A stretch of 64,000 nt of DNA from Methanocella sp. (GTDB lineage: Archaea > Thermoproteota > Bathyarchaeia > Bathyarchaeales > Bathycorpusculaceae). The position numbers were made by a program, and so were the translations under genes. Numbering within the stretch: position 1 is the stretch's first letter; each line of letters begins with the position of its first letter. A model generated the notes under the pieces. The model saw only the letters and a list, made by a program, of their open reading frames with translations. It ran no database searches and was not told the origin of the DNA. Location: contig JBLNCY010000018.1 of assembly GCA_050261115.1 (NCBI GenBank), positions 1 to 64,000 of the forward strand. The letters run 5' to 3'. Of the stretch, positions 1 through 10,238 are shown piece after piece.

Positions 1-1425
1 GTGCCAAACAGCGACCCCCGAGAAGACATCCGAGAAGTTGTCAACGCAGTTTTCTCTGACAAATTCATGATTTTTCTCTCCCTACTTATGATTCCTCTGA
101 TTATAGTTCCTTTCCTCTTTGAGCTTGACGCAGCCTACCTGGGCTTTATTGATATATGTGACGGCATAATAATTGCGTTGTTTGTAGCTGAATACATAAC
201 GAAGCTGTATGCAGCAGCGGATCGTTGGCGCCACTTCAAATCCCCCTGGCACATAGTCGACTTAGTCATCATAGTTCTGCCTTTCGTGCAGTATGCAGCT
301 TTGTTTGAGTCTATCAGCGGCTCCCCCTCGCTGCTTCTTCGACTGCTAAGGATACCCCGCGCAGTGGCCGTTGGCGGCAGAGCCGTAGCAGGCCGACGAA
401 CCAGCTCCATAACCCCCTCCACCCTGCCCCTACATGATACGCCTGTATTGATCCGCCAAGTAGGCGCCGACCTGCAAACAAAACAAAACCTAAACTGGGA
501 CGAACTAAAAAACCACCTATCAGACAAGAACCGCGAGGAATGGCTAGACCTCAACAACATGTCAAGCGACGGGTTTGCTCGGTTGAGTAATGTTTTAGGC
601 ATTCCCGAACCGCACTTTAAACACTCTTTGGTAGACGACATTTACCCCCACATCGACTACATCCAGAAGACCTCCTTTATTTTTCTTCAATCGGGAAAGG
701 TGCAGTACCCCGAATACCCAGACAATTACCTCACGATTTCACGCTCAGGCATTATCGTAGTCTGTAGCGGCAAAAAACTCCTCACAATCTCACGGCATAA
801 TACCAACCTGCTTACCCCCGTCTTAGCTTCAATACAGCAGTCGTCCCACGGTACCGGATTTGCGGTTCCGGTGCTATATAGCCTTCTAGACTACATGCTT
901 AACGGTTACCGATCTGTGCTCTCGGAGATAGAGTTGGAGGTGCTCAAAATCTCGGGCACCCCCCGCTCAAAGTTGCCTAAAGATTTCCTAGAGCGTGTCT
1001 ATCAGCTTGAGAAAGAGGTTTCCCGTCTAGTTTCTAATCTTGTGCATTTTAAAAATACTCTCGGCATAATCATATCCAAAAAGGTTCCTCTTGAGGGATT
1101 TGACAGTGGTGCCGAGGAAGCTTTTCAGGTGCTCCATGACAGCGCGGAATACCTAGATCAGATGGCCCACGATTTAATCGAAAACCTGCGCTCCATCATC
1201 GACTTGTACATTAACCAGACCTCGTTTGAAGCAAACAAGATCCTCAAAATCCTGGCCGTTATTACGGCGATTTCGGTTGTTCCCACGGCTATTAGTGGTC
1301 TTTTGGGTGCTAATATGCTTGATACTCCCTATGGTGCTACGCTTTGGCAGCTGTCGTTTGTGATTGGCGTATGTGTTACGTTTGTGGCTTATATGTTTGT
1401 TAAGCTTGGTTGGCTTAAAACTTAG
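1..1425 (+). CDS. CorA-family divalent cation transporter with N-terminal ion-transport (S1-S4-like) domain; true start may lie at or before the window edge
   Basis: N-terminal TM helices with FVAEY, WHIVDLVII and RLLRIPR; CorA-like funnel domain (EEWLDL, YPHID) and two C-terminal TMs, with GAN in place of GMN. Confidence 0.75.
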   Translation: MPNSDPREDIREVVNAVFSDKFMIFLSLLMIPLIIVPFLFELDAAYLGFIDICDGIIIALFVAEYITKLYAAADRWRHFKSPWHIVDLVIIVLPFVQYAALFESISGSPSLLLRLLRIPRAVAVGGRAVAGRRTSSITPSTLPLHDTPVLIRQVGADLQTKQNLNWDELKNHLSDKNREEWLDLNNMSSDGFARLSNVLGIPEPHFKHSLVDDIYPHIDYIQKTSFIFLQSGKVQYPEYPDNYLTISRSGIIVVCSGKKLLTISRHNTNLLTPVLASIQQSSHGTGFAVPVLYSLLDYMLNGYRSVLSEIELEVLKISGTPRSKLPKDFLERVYQLEKEVSRLVSNLVHFKNTLGIIISKKVPLEGFDSGAEEAFQVLHDSAEYLDQMAHDLIENLRSIIDLYINQTSFEANKILKILAVITAISVVPTAISGLLGANMLDTPYGATLWQLSFVIGVCVTFVAYMFVKLGWLKT

Positions 1426-1701
1426 TAGTGCCCTGGTTTTTGAGTTTTTGATTGTGGATTTGTGTTTTTTGGTTTTCACCATACTCCTTGAACAATTTAT
1501 AACCAACATCCAAACAACAAATCAACCAGCAATTTAAATGCATAAGCGACGCCTACCCCAAGTAGGCTAGCCATTGCCCTATTGTTTTTTCCTCCTCTGG
1601 CTCCATGCTGCGGAAACGTTTAGTCGGTTTTGGCTGAATAAAGTTTTTATGTTGCGTTGAAACTCTACACTTCCCCGAATAGATAAAGGACAAGATTCAA
1701 G

Positions 1702-2466
1702 ATGACCCTACAAAAAGGAGATTTCATCCTAATCGATTACGTTGCAAAAGTCAAAGAGACAAGTGAAGTTTTCGATACAACAAAAGAGGAAGTAGCAAAG
1801 AACGAGCACCTTCACAAAGAAGGAGAAATCTACGAGCCTAAACTCGTTGTTGTCGGCGAAGGCTGGGTACTAAAAGCCCTCGACGACGCATTAATGAATG
1901 CTGAAGTCGGCAAAGAAACCACCGTAGAAATCCCACAGGACAAGGCGTTTGGTCCACGTGACCCAGAGAAAATCCGCCGCGTCCCAATCAAGCAACTATA
2001 CGCAAAAGAAATCAACCCAGTTGTCGGCGCACGCATCGAATTCCAGGGCAAAATGGCCACCGTCCGTGCGATCGGTGCAGGTAGAGTTCTCTTAGACTTC
2101 AACCCGGCGTTAGCAGGCAGAACCCTGATCTATGATTTCACGGTTACCAAAAAGCTTGATGCTGCAGAGGAAAAAATCGGTGCAATTATCCATCGAAGAG
2201 TTCCGATGGTAGAAGAGAGTAAATTCAAGGTAGCAGTTAAGGACAAGGCTCTGACCGTTGACATGCCTGAGGAAACCTTCTACATTGAAGGCATCCAGAT
2301 TGCAAAACGCGGCATCGCTATGGATATCCAAAAGTTCCTGCCCGATTTGACTGAGATACAGTTTGTTGAATCCTTCAAATCTGAGCCTAAACCTGAAACG
2401 GCCGCTCCCGCAGCCCCCGCCCCCGCGGAAGAAGTAAAAGCTGAAGAGCAGCAAGCAGAGCAATAA
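1702..2466 (+). CDS. slyD: FKBP-type peptidyl-prolyl isomerase, long archaeal SlyD-like form
   Basis: GDFILIDY, FDTT, AFGPRDP and DFNPALAGRTL motifs; Ala/Pro/Glu-rich tail. Confidence 0.9.
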   Translation: MTLQKGDFILIDYVAKVKETSEVFDTTKEEVAKNEHLHKEGEIYEPKLVVVGEGWVLKALDDALMNAEVGKETTVEIPQDKAFGPRDPEKIRRVPIKQLYAKEINPVVGARIEFQGKMATVRAIGAGRVLLDFNPALAGRTLIYDFTVTKKLDAAEEKIGAIIHRRVPMVEESKFKVAVKDKALTVDMPEETFYIEGIQIAKRGIAMDIQKFLPDLTEIQFVESFKSEPKPETAAPAAPAPAEEVKAEEQQAEQ

Positions 2467-2568
2467 GCTCTCACCCAACCTTTTTAACTATTTTTTAAAG
2501 TTTAATTTGTATAGCAATCATCGCATTTAGCGCACTTCTAGCAACCCAGTTTGGGAGGTGAAGCCAAG

Positions 2569-2950
2569 TTGGATTACGCTATAGTGCATTTTGAAATCCC
2601 CCTGTCATAGAGAAACTCGGGCTTTCTACGGAAAAGTTTTCAACGGGACGATCGTTCAAGCCGACAGTCCTATAGAGTCCCGGTTAATTCAAACCGTTCC
2701 CATGGACTCCAATGGCGTGCCGCTTCGAAATGGCGTGAACGGCGGCATGTATAGGCGTACTGCGCCAGAGAGCAAACCCCTTAACTACATTCAAGTGGAA
2801 GACATAACCGCCTATCTGGGGAAAATAGCAAAATTAGGCGGCAAATTTACACAGCCAAAACAGGAAGTTCCTGAAGTCGGTTGGGTAGCCGATGCCGAGG
2901 GTCCTGAAGGGAACGCTTTTGCTTTGTTGCAGCCGCTGAAGGTTAGTTGA
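2569..2950 (+). pseudogene. VOC/glyoxalase-bleomycin resistance family protein, frameshifted near the N-terminus
   Basis: SD GGAGGTGA, then TTG at 2569 gives MDYAIVHFEIP but stops at 2608; the rest (GVNGGMY, NYIQVEDI, LGGK, EVPEVGW, PEGNAFAL) is in another frame. Confidence 0.75.
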
Positions 2951-4001
2951 TGATGCCTGTTGCCCTTGCTACGGTTTCGCATGCGTCATAGTTCAAGTTC
3001 AGCTTATGTAGGATTGTGTATCTTTCGGGTCGAATAGTTGCCGCCATCTGGAACGCTTTAACGACATCGGCGTCTTCTATGCCAAGTTCTGCTGCTGTTG
3101 TGGGGGCGCCGATGTGTTTGAGGGTGGCTCTGATTTGCTGCCAGTTAGATCCATGTAGAAATGATGTCAAGATTGAGCCTACGCCGCATTGCTCACCGTG
3201 CATGGCATGTTTGGAGTTAATTAGGTCTAATGCGTGGCTGAAAAGATGCTCAGATCCGCTGCAGGGACGGCTGCTGCCGCCGATGCTCATGGCGACGCCG
3301 CAGCTGATCAATGCTTCGAGTAGCACTCTTAGGCCTTCGGGGTCTTTTTTTACGATTAAATCTGCGTTGGCTGTGACGAGTTTGGCACTCATAAGGGCTA
3401 AGCTTGCAGCGTATCCGCCATAGTATTCGCCTTTTTCTAGATGCGCCAGTTTCCAGTCTTTTACGGCGGTATATTTGCTGATGATGTCTCCGCAACCGCT
3501 TATGACAAAGCGCCAGGGCGCCTGCGCGATGATTTCTGTGTCGGCAATTATAGCCATGGGGGCTTGCGCGAGCACAGAGTAGGGTTTTTCGGAGCCTTTG
3601 ATGGATGCAAGTGGGCTTGCGATGCCGTCATGGCTTACTGTGGTTGGGATGGATATGAATGGGATGTTCTGGCTGGCGCTGCTAAGTTTGGCGGCGTCGA
3701 TTATGGTTCCCCCGCCTACACCGAAAAGCACACGGGGCTTTTGCTCCTTGAGAGCTTTCTCCACGTTGATTAAGTCGTCTACAGTCATGGATTTGACCAG
3801 TAAAAAGTCGGGTACTAGTCCCGCCTGTTCCAGTAGGCCTGAGACAGTTTTTCCTGCTAGCTGGTAGCATTGGGCGTCTGAGAGTACGAGTGCTTTGCCT
3901 TTGAGTCCTAGCCTGTTGACGACTTCGGGGATTCGGTTTAGGGTGCCGTTTCCAACTATGACTTCTCGGGGTAACTGCATGTAATGGTATGGTAGACTCA
4001 A
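2943..4001 (-). CDS. egsA: sn-glycerol-1-phosphate dehydrogenase (archaeal lipid backbone)
   Basis: GVGGGTIIDAAK, PTTVSHDGIASP, SSRPCSGSEHLFSHALD and HGEQCG motifs. Confidence 0.95.
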   Translation of the reverse strand: MSLPYHYMQLPREVIVGNGTLNRIPEVVNRLGLKGKALVLSDAQCYQLAGKTVSGLLEQAGLVPDFLLVKSMTVDDLINVEKALKEQKPRVLFGVGGGTIIDAAKLSSASQNIPFISIPTTVSHDGIASPLASIKGSEKPYSVLAQAPMAIIADTEIIAQAPWRFVISGCGDIISKYTAVKDWKLAHLEKGEYYGGYAASLALMSAKLVTANADLIVKKDPEGLRVLLEALISCGVAMSIGGSSRPCSGSEHLFSHALDLINSKHAMHGEQCGVGSILTSFLHGSNWQQIRATLKHIGAPTTAAELGIEDADVVKAFQMAATIRPERYTILHKLNLNYDACETVARATGIIN

Positions 4002-4139
4002 AGATACCACTGTAATTCAACTATGTTGGGTTGCAGCGTTTTAAAACGTTTGGGCACTTGCTCCATCTGACCCTTGTCAAACAAAGCCTGCCCACCTAAA
4101 AGCATTGTCCGTTAAATAAGGGGTAAGCTTAATGAAAGA

Positions 4140-4674
4140 TTACTTGAGTGCACCTACAACGCGTTTGTAGTTTTTATCGGTGAAGTGCTGGTTAAACGCA
4201 AAGAAATTATCCATCATTTTTTGTTTTTCGGCTTCAGAGAAGTAACGCATGCTTGGATAGAAGAATTGTTTGTCTTCTTTTTCAATGTGCGCTGGATATA
4301 GTTTTACGAGTGCTGCCAGCAATTCTAAGATGTCTCGTTAGTGCTTCGTTGTTTCCCGAAATGTACTTTTCTTTAGCATCTTCTAACGCCGTTACAGTCT
4401 GCCTGGCAACCGCGTGCTCTTGCATTAACTCATTCATTAATTTGTGATCGGCACCACTGAGTTTCTTTTGGGTTAATTCACGAAAGAGAATGCCCTCTTC
4501 TTTGCCGTGATGAAATCTATCCGCATAAGTCCGGAAAAAGTCTACCGCTATTGTGATAAAGTTTGGATTGAGGGTCTTGGTTGTTTGAATCTTTTCGCTT
4601 TCTCTGTTAACGCTATCAACTGCTTGAAGGATCAGTTTATGCTCATTAACTAAAATATCAACTGGAAGCGACAT
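4140..4674 (-). pseudogene. Hemerythrin HHE cation-binding protein split by a frameshift at ~4335
   Basis: ORF 4282-4674 has EHKLI, HHGKEEGILF and EHAVAR; the C-terminal YPAHIEKED is in ORF 4140-4322 in another frame. Confidence 0.8.
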
Positions 4675-4829
4675 AAAGATCAGCTAATAGCTGTGGACCC
4701 CTGAATTTATTTTTTCCGAAACATCCAAACGCAACATCAGTCGAATTGGTTTTTTTTGTAATCGTAAAGTTGCTTGTTAGAAAGTTTTATAAATAATTTG
4801 CATTCAAGCTAGAACAGTCTTTAATTCAG

Positions 4830-7202
4830 TTGGTTTTTGAGGACAGGACGTTGACAAAATCAAACCGGCGAAAAGAAGAAAGGTCTATGCTGTCTGCGGA
4901 ACGTACTTTCAGGACACTCTGCGATAACATGCTTGATGGATACGCTTACCATAAAGTAATATACGATGAGACCGGTTATCCTGTCGATTACCTTTTTCTC
5001 GAAGTAAACGATGCCTTTGAGAAGTTAACATGCCTAAAAAGAAACGAAATTATTGGAAAAAGAGTAAGTGAAGTCCTTTCAAGCAAGGATTCTTCTGATT
5101 GGATATCTATTTTTGGGAAAGTTACGATATCAGGTCAACCTATTAGGTTTGAGAAATACTCTGAATCCCTAAACCGATGGTATTTGGTATCTGCTTATAG
5201 TTTTGAAAAGGGCTATTTTACGACCGTCTTTGAGGATATTACCAGTCGAAAGCAACTGGAGAGCAAACTTGAGCTTGAACGGGATAACCTGACTAACATG
5301 GCTAACTCCATGAAGGACGGTGTTTACATTGTTAATCAGGATTATGAAATTACTTTTGCCAATCGCGCCTTAATTGAGACTTTTGGTCCCTGGCAAGGAA
5401 AGAAGTGCTATCAGTACTTACATGATCGGGCTGAAATCTGTCCATGGTGTAAAAATGAGGAGGTCTTCAAAGGCAACACTGTTCGGTGGGAGTGGTATTC
5501 GCCAAAAACCCATAGAACCTACGACCTAATAGACAGCCCAATCAATAACTCCGACGGATCCATATCAAAACTAGAAATCTTTCGTGACGTTACAGACCAT
5601 AAGCGCTTGGAAGAGGAGAATCAAACCAGAAATCAACTCAACTCCCTAATTCTGGACTCCATGCCCAATCCAACTATGCTTGTTCGACGAGACAGAACAG
5701 TAATCGCCGCTAACAAGATCGCTCTTGGTATGGGCGCAAAAATAGGTGAACCGTGCCAGCGCTTATTCGGAAAAGGGCCGTTTACAGAGAAGGCCCATAA
5801 GTGCTGGTTCTGTTTAGCTGATGAGTCATTGGAAAAAACAACGTCTAGACACTGTGAAGTAGAGGCTCTTGGGCGAATATGGGACACATGGTGGGTTCCT
5901 GCAGATAAAGAAACCTACCTTCATTTCGCCGTCGACATTACCGACCGCAAAGAATTGGAAGCGGACCTGCGCAACGCTCTTATGGCTTCTAACCGCCGCC
6001 AACTTGAGATTTTTGCTCTTTTAAAAGCGTCAAGAGCTGTTTTGGAGTATCGAGAGTTCAAGCACTCAGCTAAAGCGATATTTGATTCTTGTAAGGAATT
6101 GCTGGAGGCAACTGCAGGTTATATTGCTCTATTAAGCAGGGATGGGAAAGAAAATGCGGTTGTGTTTTTGGATGCCGGTGGATTGCCATGTACCGTTGAT
6201 TCATCATTGCCTATGCCAATACGTGGTTTACGTGGCGAAGCCTACGAGAAAGGCAAAAGTGTCTATTGTAATGATTTTCTAAATAGCCAATGGGCAGGGT
6301 TTATGCCTAGTGGGCACGTTCAACTCAGGAATGTGTTGTTTGCGCCTCTGAAATTGGATGGGCGACTTATTGGGATTATGGGTCTTGCTAATAAGCCTGC
6401 AAATTTTACGGAACATGACGCTGAGATGGCGACGGCTTTTGGGGAAATCGCCTCCATTGCGCTTGTTAATAGCCAGACGCTGGAGACATTGGAGACGTTG
6501 GTTGAGGAGCGGACGAAGAAGCTTAAGGATTCTGAGCGGTTATCGGCTATTGGCGCGGTTGCTGGTATGGTTGGGCATGATATTCGTAATCCGCTTCAGG
6601 CGATGATTAGTGATGTTTATTTGGCTTTGTCTGATTTGGAATCTATGCCTGATGGCGACATAAAGGGCAGTATCAGGGGAAGCTTGGATAATATTCAAAA
6701 GAACATTGAATATGTTAGTAAGATTGTGCAGGACCTGCAGGACTATGCGAGGCCAATTACTCCTGCTGCGCAAGAGGTTAATTTGTGTAGTCTCTGCGAG
6801 GAAGTTCTCTCCAAGACCGCTATGCCTGAAAATGTAGCTGCAACCTACCGTGTCGAAGACGATGCTAGGGTGACGGTGTCAGATTTTAGCTTGCTTAAGC
6901 GTATCCTGTCTAATTTGACGACAAATGCCGTGCAAGCTATGCCTGAGGGTGGAAAACTTGATGTTTATGCCTACAAAAGCACTGACAGTCTACTTATTAC
7001 TGTGCAAGACACCGGCGTTGGTATCCCCGCTGAGGTGAAGGGTAAGCTGTTCACGCCGATGTTCACGACTAAAGCAAAGGGGCAAGGCTTTGGGTTAGCG
7101 GTGATTAAACGTTTAACTGAAGCTTTGGGTGGCACAGTGACTTATGAAAGTGAATTAGGTAAAGGCACCAAATTCACTATACGGTTACCCTCCTCACATT
7201 AA
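4830..7202 (+). CDS. Cytoplasmic PAS/PAS/PAS/GAF sensor histidine kinase
   Basis: PAS/PAC repeats, GAF, H-box GHDIRNPL, N-box NAVQAM, G1 DTGVGI, G2 GQGFGL. Confidence 0.92.
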   Translation: MVFEDRTLTKSNRRKEERSMLSAERTFRTLCDNMLDGYAYHKVIYDETGYPVDYLFLEVNDAFEKLTCLKRNEIIGKRVSEVLSSKDSSDWISIFGKVTISGQPIRFEKYSESLNRWYLVSAYSFEKGYFTTVFEDITSRKQLESKLELERDNLTNMANSMKDGVYIVNQDYEITFANRALIETFGPWQGKKCYQYLHDRAEICPWCKNEEVFKGNTVRWEWYSPKTHRTYDLIDSPINNSDGSISKLEIFRDVTDHKRLEEENQTRNQLNSLILDSMPNPTMLVRRDRTVIAANKIALGMGAKIGEPCQRLFGKGPFTEKAHKCWFCLADESLEKTTSRHCEVEALGRIWDTWWVPADKETYLHFAVDITDRKELEADLRNALMASNRRQLEIFALLKASRAVLEYREFKHSAKAIFDSCKELLEATAGYIALLSRDGKENAVVFLDAGGLPCTVDSSLPMPIRGLRGEAYEKGKSVYCNDFLNSQWAGFMPSGHVQLRNVLFAPLKLDGRLIGIMGLANKPANFTEHDAEMATAFGEIASIALVNSQTLETLETLVEERTKKLKDSERLSAIGAVAGMVGHDIRNPLQAMISDVYLALSDLESMPDGDIKGSIRGSLDNIQKNIEYVSKIVQDLQDYARPITPAAQEVNLCSLCEEVLSKTAMPENVAATYRVEDDARVTVSDFSLLKRILSNLTTNAVQAMPEGGKLDVYAYKSTDSLLITVQDTGVGIPAEVKGKLFTPMFTTKAKGQGFGLAVIKRLTEALGGTVTYESELGKGTKFTIRLPSSH

Positions 7203-7266
7203 ATTGATAAACCGATCTCAAATCAGCCTTTTTCCGTGAGGGTGCCTAGGCGTCTCTTGGTTGAGT

Positions 7267-7305
7267 CTATATATAAGGGAGGGGGGTCCCTCGGCAGAGC
7301 AACAG
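7267..7305 (+). repeat. Dispersed intergenic repeat, copy 1
   Basis: ctatatataagggaggggggtccctcggcagagcaacag; matches copies at 19235, 23036, 44456 and 47381. Confidence 0.9.
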
Positions 7306-7609
7306 ATAATTTTCAGCAATAATCGAGTTTTTGCATGGTGCCTAACCCGTAAGTCACATTTTTAGAGTCAAAAACCCTACCTAGAAAGCTAAAAACCCCT
7401 AAAGCACGCCACCATCCCGTGCCTGATGGCAAACTATAAAAGACTAAACGGCGCTAAGAGTTTTTACACCTCATGGCGTTCGAATAGGTTCCTCGCCGGA
7501 ACATTCACTGGACCAACCACTTAGTCAGTTAAGAGTAAAATCTTAGTTCTGATACGGAAAGCCATATAAATTGCTTTTACGTGTTTGATTGCGCATCGGA
7601 GAAATAAAA

Positions 7610-8095
7610 ATGCCAAAATGGGGATACTCAATAATCAACGAAATGCTTAATCCAGAAAAAACAGCGAAAGCCAGCGGCCGAGAACTAAAGGTATCCCACA
7701 AAGCCGCCCGGGAAGTCGCTAAAGCCATAAGAGGCATGGATCTAGACCAAGCAAAAGATTTCCTAAGAGATGTTATTGCCAAAGCCAGGCCTGTCCCGTA
7801 CACCAGATTCACAAAGAAACTAGGTCACAAGGGAGGCATGCAAAAATGCGGAGTCGGCAGATACCCAGTCAAATGTGCCGACGCCTTCCTGCGTGTTCTG
7901 CAAGCCGCACAAGCTAACGCAGAAAACAAAGGCTTAGACGTAGATCGCCTAAGAGTCATGCATAGCGCCGCATATCCAGGCGTAAAACTAAAGCGCTACA
8001 TGCCAAGAGCACACGGCAGAGCATCACCTAAATTCGAAATCACCACACACGTTGAAATCGTGCTCGAAGAGAAACAATCCGCAGGAGAACAATAA
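7610..8095 (+). CDS. rpl22: 50S ribosomal protein uL22
   Basis: MPKWGYS, GRYPVK, RAHGRASPK. Confidence 0.97.
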   Translation: MPKWGYSIINEMLNPEKTAKASGRELKVSHKAAREVAKAIRGMDLDQAKDFLRDVIAKARPVPYTRFTKKLGHKGGMQKCGVGRYPVKCADAFLRVLQAAQANAENKGLDVDRLRVMHSAAYPGVKLKRYMPRAHGRASPKFEITTHVEIVLEEKQSAGEQ

Positions 8096-8096
8096 A

Positions 8097-8885
8097 TTGA
8101 GCATCGTTAAAAGATTCATAACTGAATCCATCAAAAAAACCGAAATAGACGAATTTCTAGAAAGAAAACTTGAAAGAGCTGGATATGGCGGAGTAAACAT
8201 CTCCAAAACCCCATTAGGCACACACGTAGTCATCTATGCCATGCGGCCTGGATTGGTTATCGGCAGAGGCGGAGAAACCATCAAGGAACTCGCCGCTTCA
8301 CTTGAGCATAACTTCAAAGTTTCCAACCCTCAGATCAGCGTATCAGAAATCGAAGTTCCAGAATTCAACGCAAAAGTCATCGCCAACCGAGTTGCATCAG
8401 CACTTGAACGTGGCGTCCACTTTAGACGCGCAGGCTTTTGGGCACTAAACCAAGTCATGGAAGCAGGCGCACTTGGATGCGAAATCGTCATCAGCGGTAA
8501 ACTTACCACCGAACGTGCACGTTTCGAAAAATTCCGTGCAGGTCACTTCCCAACTGTGGGTGAACCGGCATTGCGCGCCATTAAAACCGCCGAGGCACAC
8601 ATACAACTCAAACCCGGTATGATCGGCGTAAGAGTCAAAATCATGCCTCCGGATGCATACTTCCCAGACAAAGTCTCCATCATGGAGGCAAAACCTGAAG
8701 AGGAAGAAACCATCGTAGTCACACAAGAACCAACACCCGCTCCAACTCCAGCACCTGCTCCTGCACCAGAACCCGAAGCAGCCCCCGTACCAGCAGCAGA
8801 AACAGCCGAAAAGCCCCAAGCCCCAGCTGAGCCCCAAGCAGAAGCACCCGCAGAACAAGCTAAACCAGCGGAGGAAAAACAGTAA
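8097..8885 (+). CDS. rps3: 30S ribosomal protein uS3 with Pro/Ala/Glu-rich tail; TTG start
   Basis: KH domain RPGLVIGRGG, GALGCEIVISGKL. Confidence 0.97.
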   Translation: MSIVKRFITESIKKTEIDEFLERKLERAGYGGVNISKTPLGTHVVIYAMRPGLVIGRGGETIKELAASLEHNFKVSNPQISVSEIEVPEFNAKVIANRVASALERGVHFRRAGFWALNQVMEAGALGCEIVISGKLTTERARFEKFRAGHFPTVGEPALRAIKTAEAHIQLKPGMIGVRVKIMPPDAYFPDKVSIMEAKPEEEETIVVTQEPTPAPTPAPAPAPEPEAAPVPAAETAEKPQAPAEPQAEAPAEQAKPAEEKQ

Positions 8886-9182
8886 ATGGCCCCAATAATG
8901 CGTATAAAAGACATTGCGGAAATGAGCCCTGAAGCACGTGAACAACGCCTCATCGAACTCAAAGTTGAGTTAGCGCGCATCCGCACCATGATTAAGGCAG
9001 GAGGCGCCGTTGAGAACCCAACCCGTGTCCGCCAAATCCGCAAAACAATCGCACAGATATTAACTGTTCAAAACGAACAAGCACTAGGGCTAAGAAAAGC
9101 CGCAGCTTCAGAAAAGAAAGCGGCAAAGCCAAAGAAGGCTAAGCCCAAAAAAGAAGCAACTGAGGAGAAAGCTTCCGAATGA
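8886..9182 (+). CDS. rpl29: 50S ribosomal protein uL29
   Basis: GGAVENPTRVRQIRKTIAQILT; operon position. Confidence 0.95.
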   Translation: MAPIMRIKDIAEMSPEAREQRLIELKVELARIRTMIKAGGAVENPTRVRQIRKTIAQILTVQNEQALGLRKAAASEKKAAKPKKAKPKKEATEEKASE

Positions 9183-9460
9183 AAGTAACTCCTGATATCC
9201 TCCGTTATGAATTCATCGGGACAAAAGGTCTAGTTGCAGCCAGCCAAAACAGTAACCTGATAGGTGTAGGCGGCCTAGTAGTAGGCGAAACACGGAACAC
9301 CTTCTTATTCCAGCAGGAAGGTCTAACACGCAGCGTAATCAAGGAAGCTGCAACATTCTATTTCACTTTCAATGACGAAACAGTCGTTGAGATTGACGGT
9401 AAACTCTTAGTTGGCCGCTCAGAAGATCGGCTTAAGAAAAGCGTAAAGAGGTTATGGTAA
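9179..9460 (+). CDS. rnp1: Ribonuclease P protein component 1 (Rpp29/POP4)
   Basis: EFIG, GLVVGETRNT and IDGKLLVGRSEDRLKK; lies between uL29 and uS17. Confidence 0.93.
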   Translation: MKVTPDILRYEFIGTKGLVAASQNSNLIGVGGLVVGETRNTFLFQQEGLTRSVIKEAATFYFTFNDETVVEIDGKLLVGRSEDRLKKSVKRLW

Positions 9461-9461
9461 T

Positions 9462-9782
9462 ATGTCGATGACTTTCAAGCAACCAAAAAAGACTTGTGAT
9501 GACCCCAAATGCCCATTCCACGGCGCCCTCGCTGTAAGAGGACGTGTACTGGAAGGCATAGTTCACACAGCAAAGATGGACAAAACCGTTATCGTAGACA
9601 GAGAATACATGCAGTTCTCCTCAAAATTCGTCAGATACGAACGAAGACACGGCCACATCCCATCTCACAATCCACCATGCATTGACGCTAAAGAAGGCGA
9701 CCGCGTAAGAATTGCTGAGTGCAGACCACTAAGCAAAACGGTGTCCTTCGTAGTGGTAGAAAAATTAGGAGACGAAAAGTAA
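9462..9782 (+). CDS. rps17: 30S ribosomal protein uS17
   Basis: CDDPKCPFHG, ECRPLSKTVSFVV. Confidence 0.97.
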   Translation: MSMTFKQPKKTCDDPKCPFHGALAVRGRVLEGIVHTAKMDKTVIVDREYMQFSSKFVRYERRHGHIPSHNPPCIDAKEGDRVRIAECRPLSKTVSFVVVEKLGDEK

Positions 9783-9783
9783 A

Positions 9784-10227
9784 ATGTGCGCGGCGAAAGC
9801 AAAGCAGAGAGCCCTAACAGCAAAAGGCATGCTCTCACACGGACAAAAAATCAGCCGCGGCTTGCTGGCAGGCTCGGAAATGAAATGCGCTGACAACACT
9901 GGCGCACGAGTTTTACGCTTGATTCAAGCCATGGGCTATAAAGGAAGACTAAGACGCTACCCCTCAGCCACAGTAGGCGATAAAGTAACCGTCTCAGTCC
10001 GCCAAGGCTCACCAGACATGAGGAAGAAAATCTTCCAGGCAATCATTATACGGCAAAAGAGATCTTTCCGAAGAATCGACGGTGTCTGGGTACAATTCGA
10101 AGATAACGCGGCTGTCATTATTACCCCTGAAGGTGAAATGAAAGGCTCTGAAATCCGCGGTCCAGTCGCAAGAGAGGCTGCAGAGCGCTGGCCAAGAATA
10201 GCAAGCGCCTCAAGCATAATAGTATAG
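9784..10227 (+). CDS. rpl14: 50S ribosomal protein uL14
   Basis: CADNTGA, FEDNAAVI, GPVAREAAERWP. Confidence 0.97.
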   Translation: MCAAKAKQRALTAKGMLSHGQKISRGLLAGSEMKCADNTGARVLRLIQAMGYKGRLRRYPSATVGDKVTVSVRQGSPDMRKKIFQAIIIRQKRSFRRIDGVWVQFEDNAAVIITPEGEMKGSEIRGPVAREAAERWPRIASASSIIV

Positions 10228-10238
10228 GTGTAAAGATA

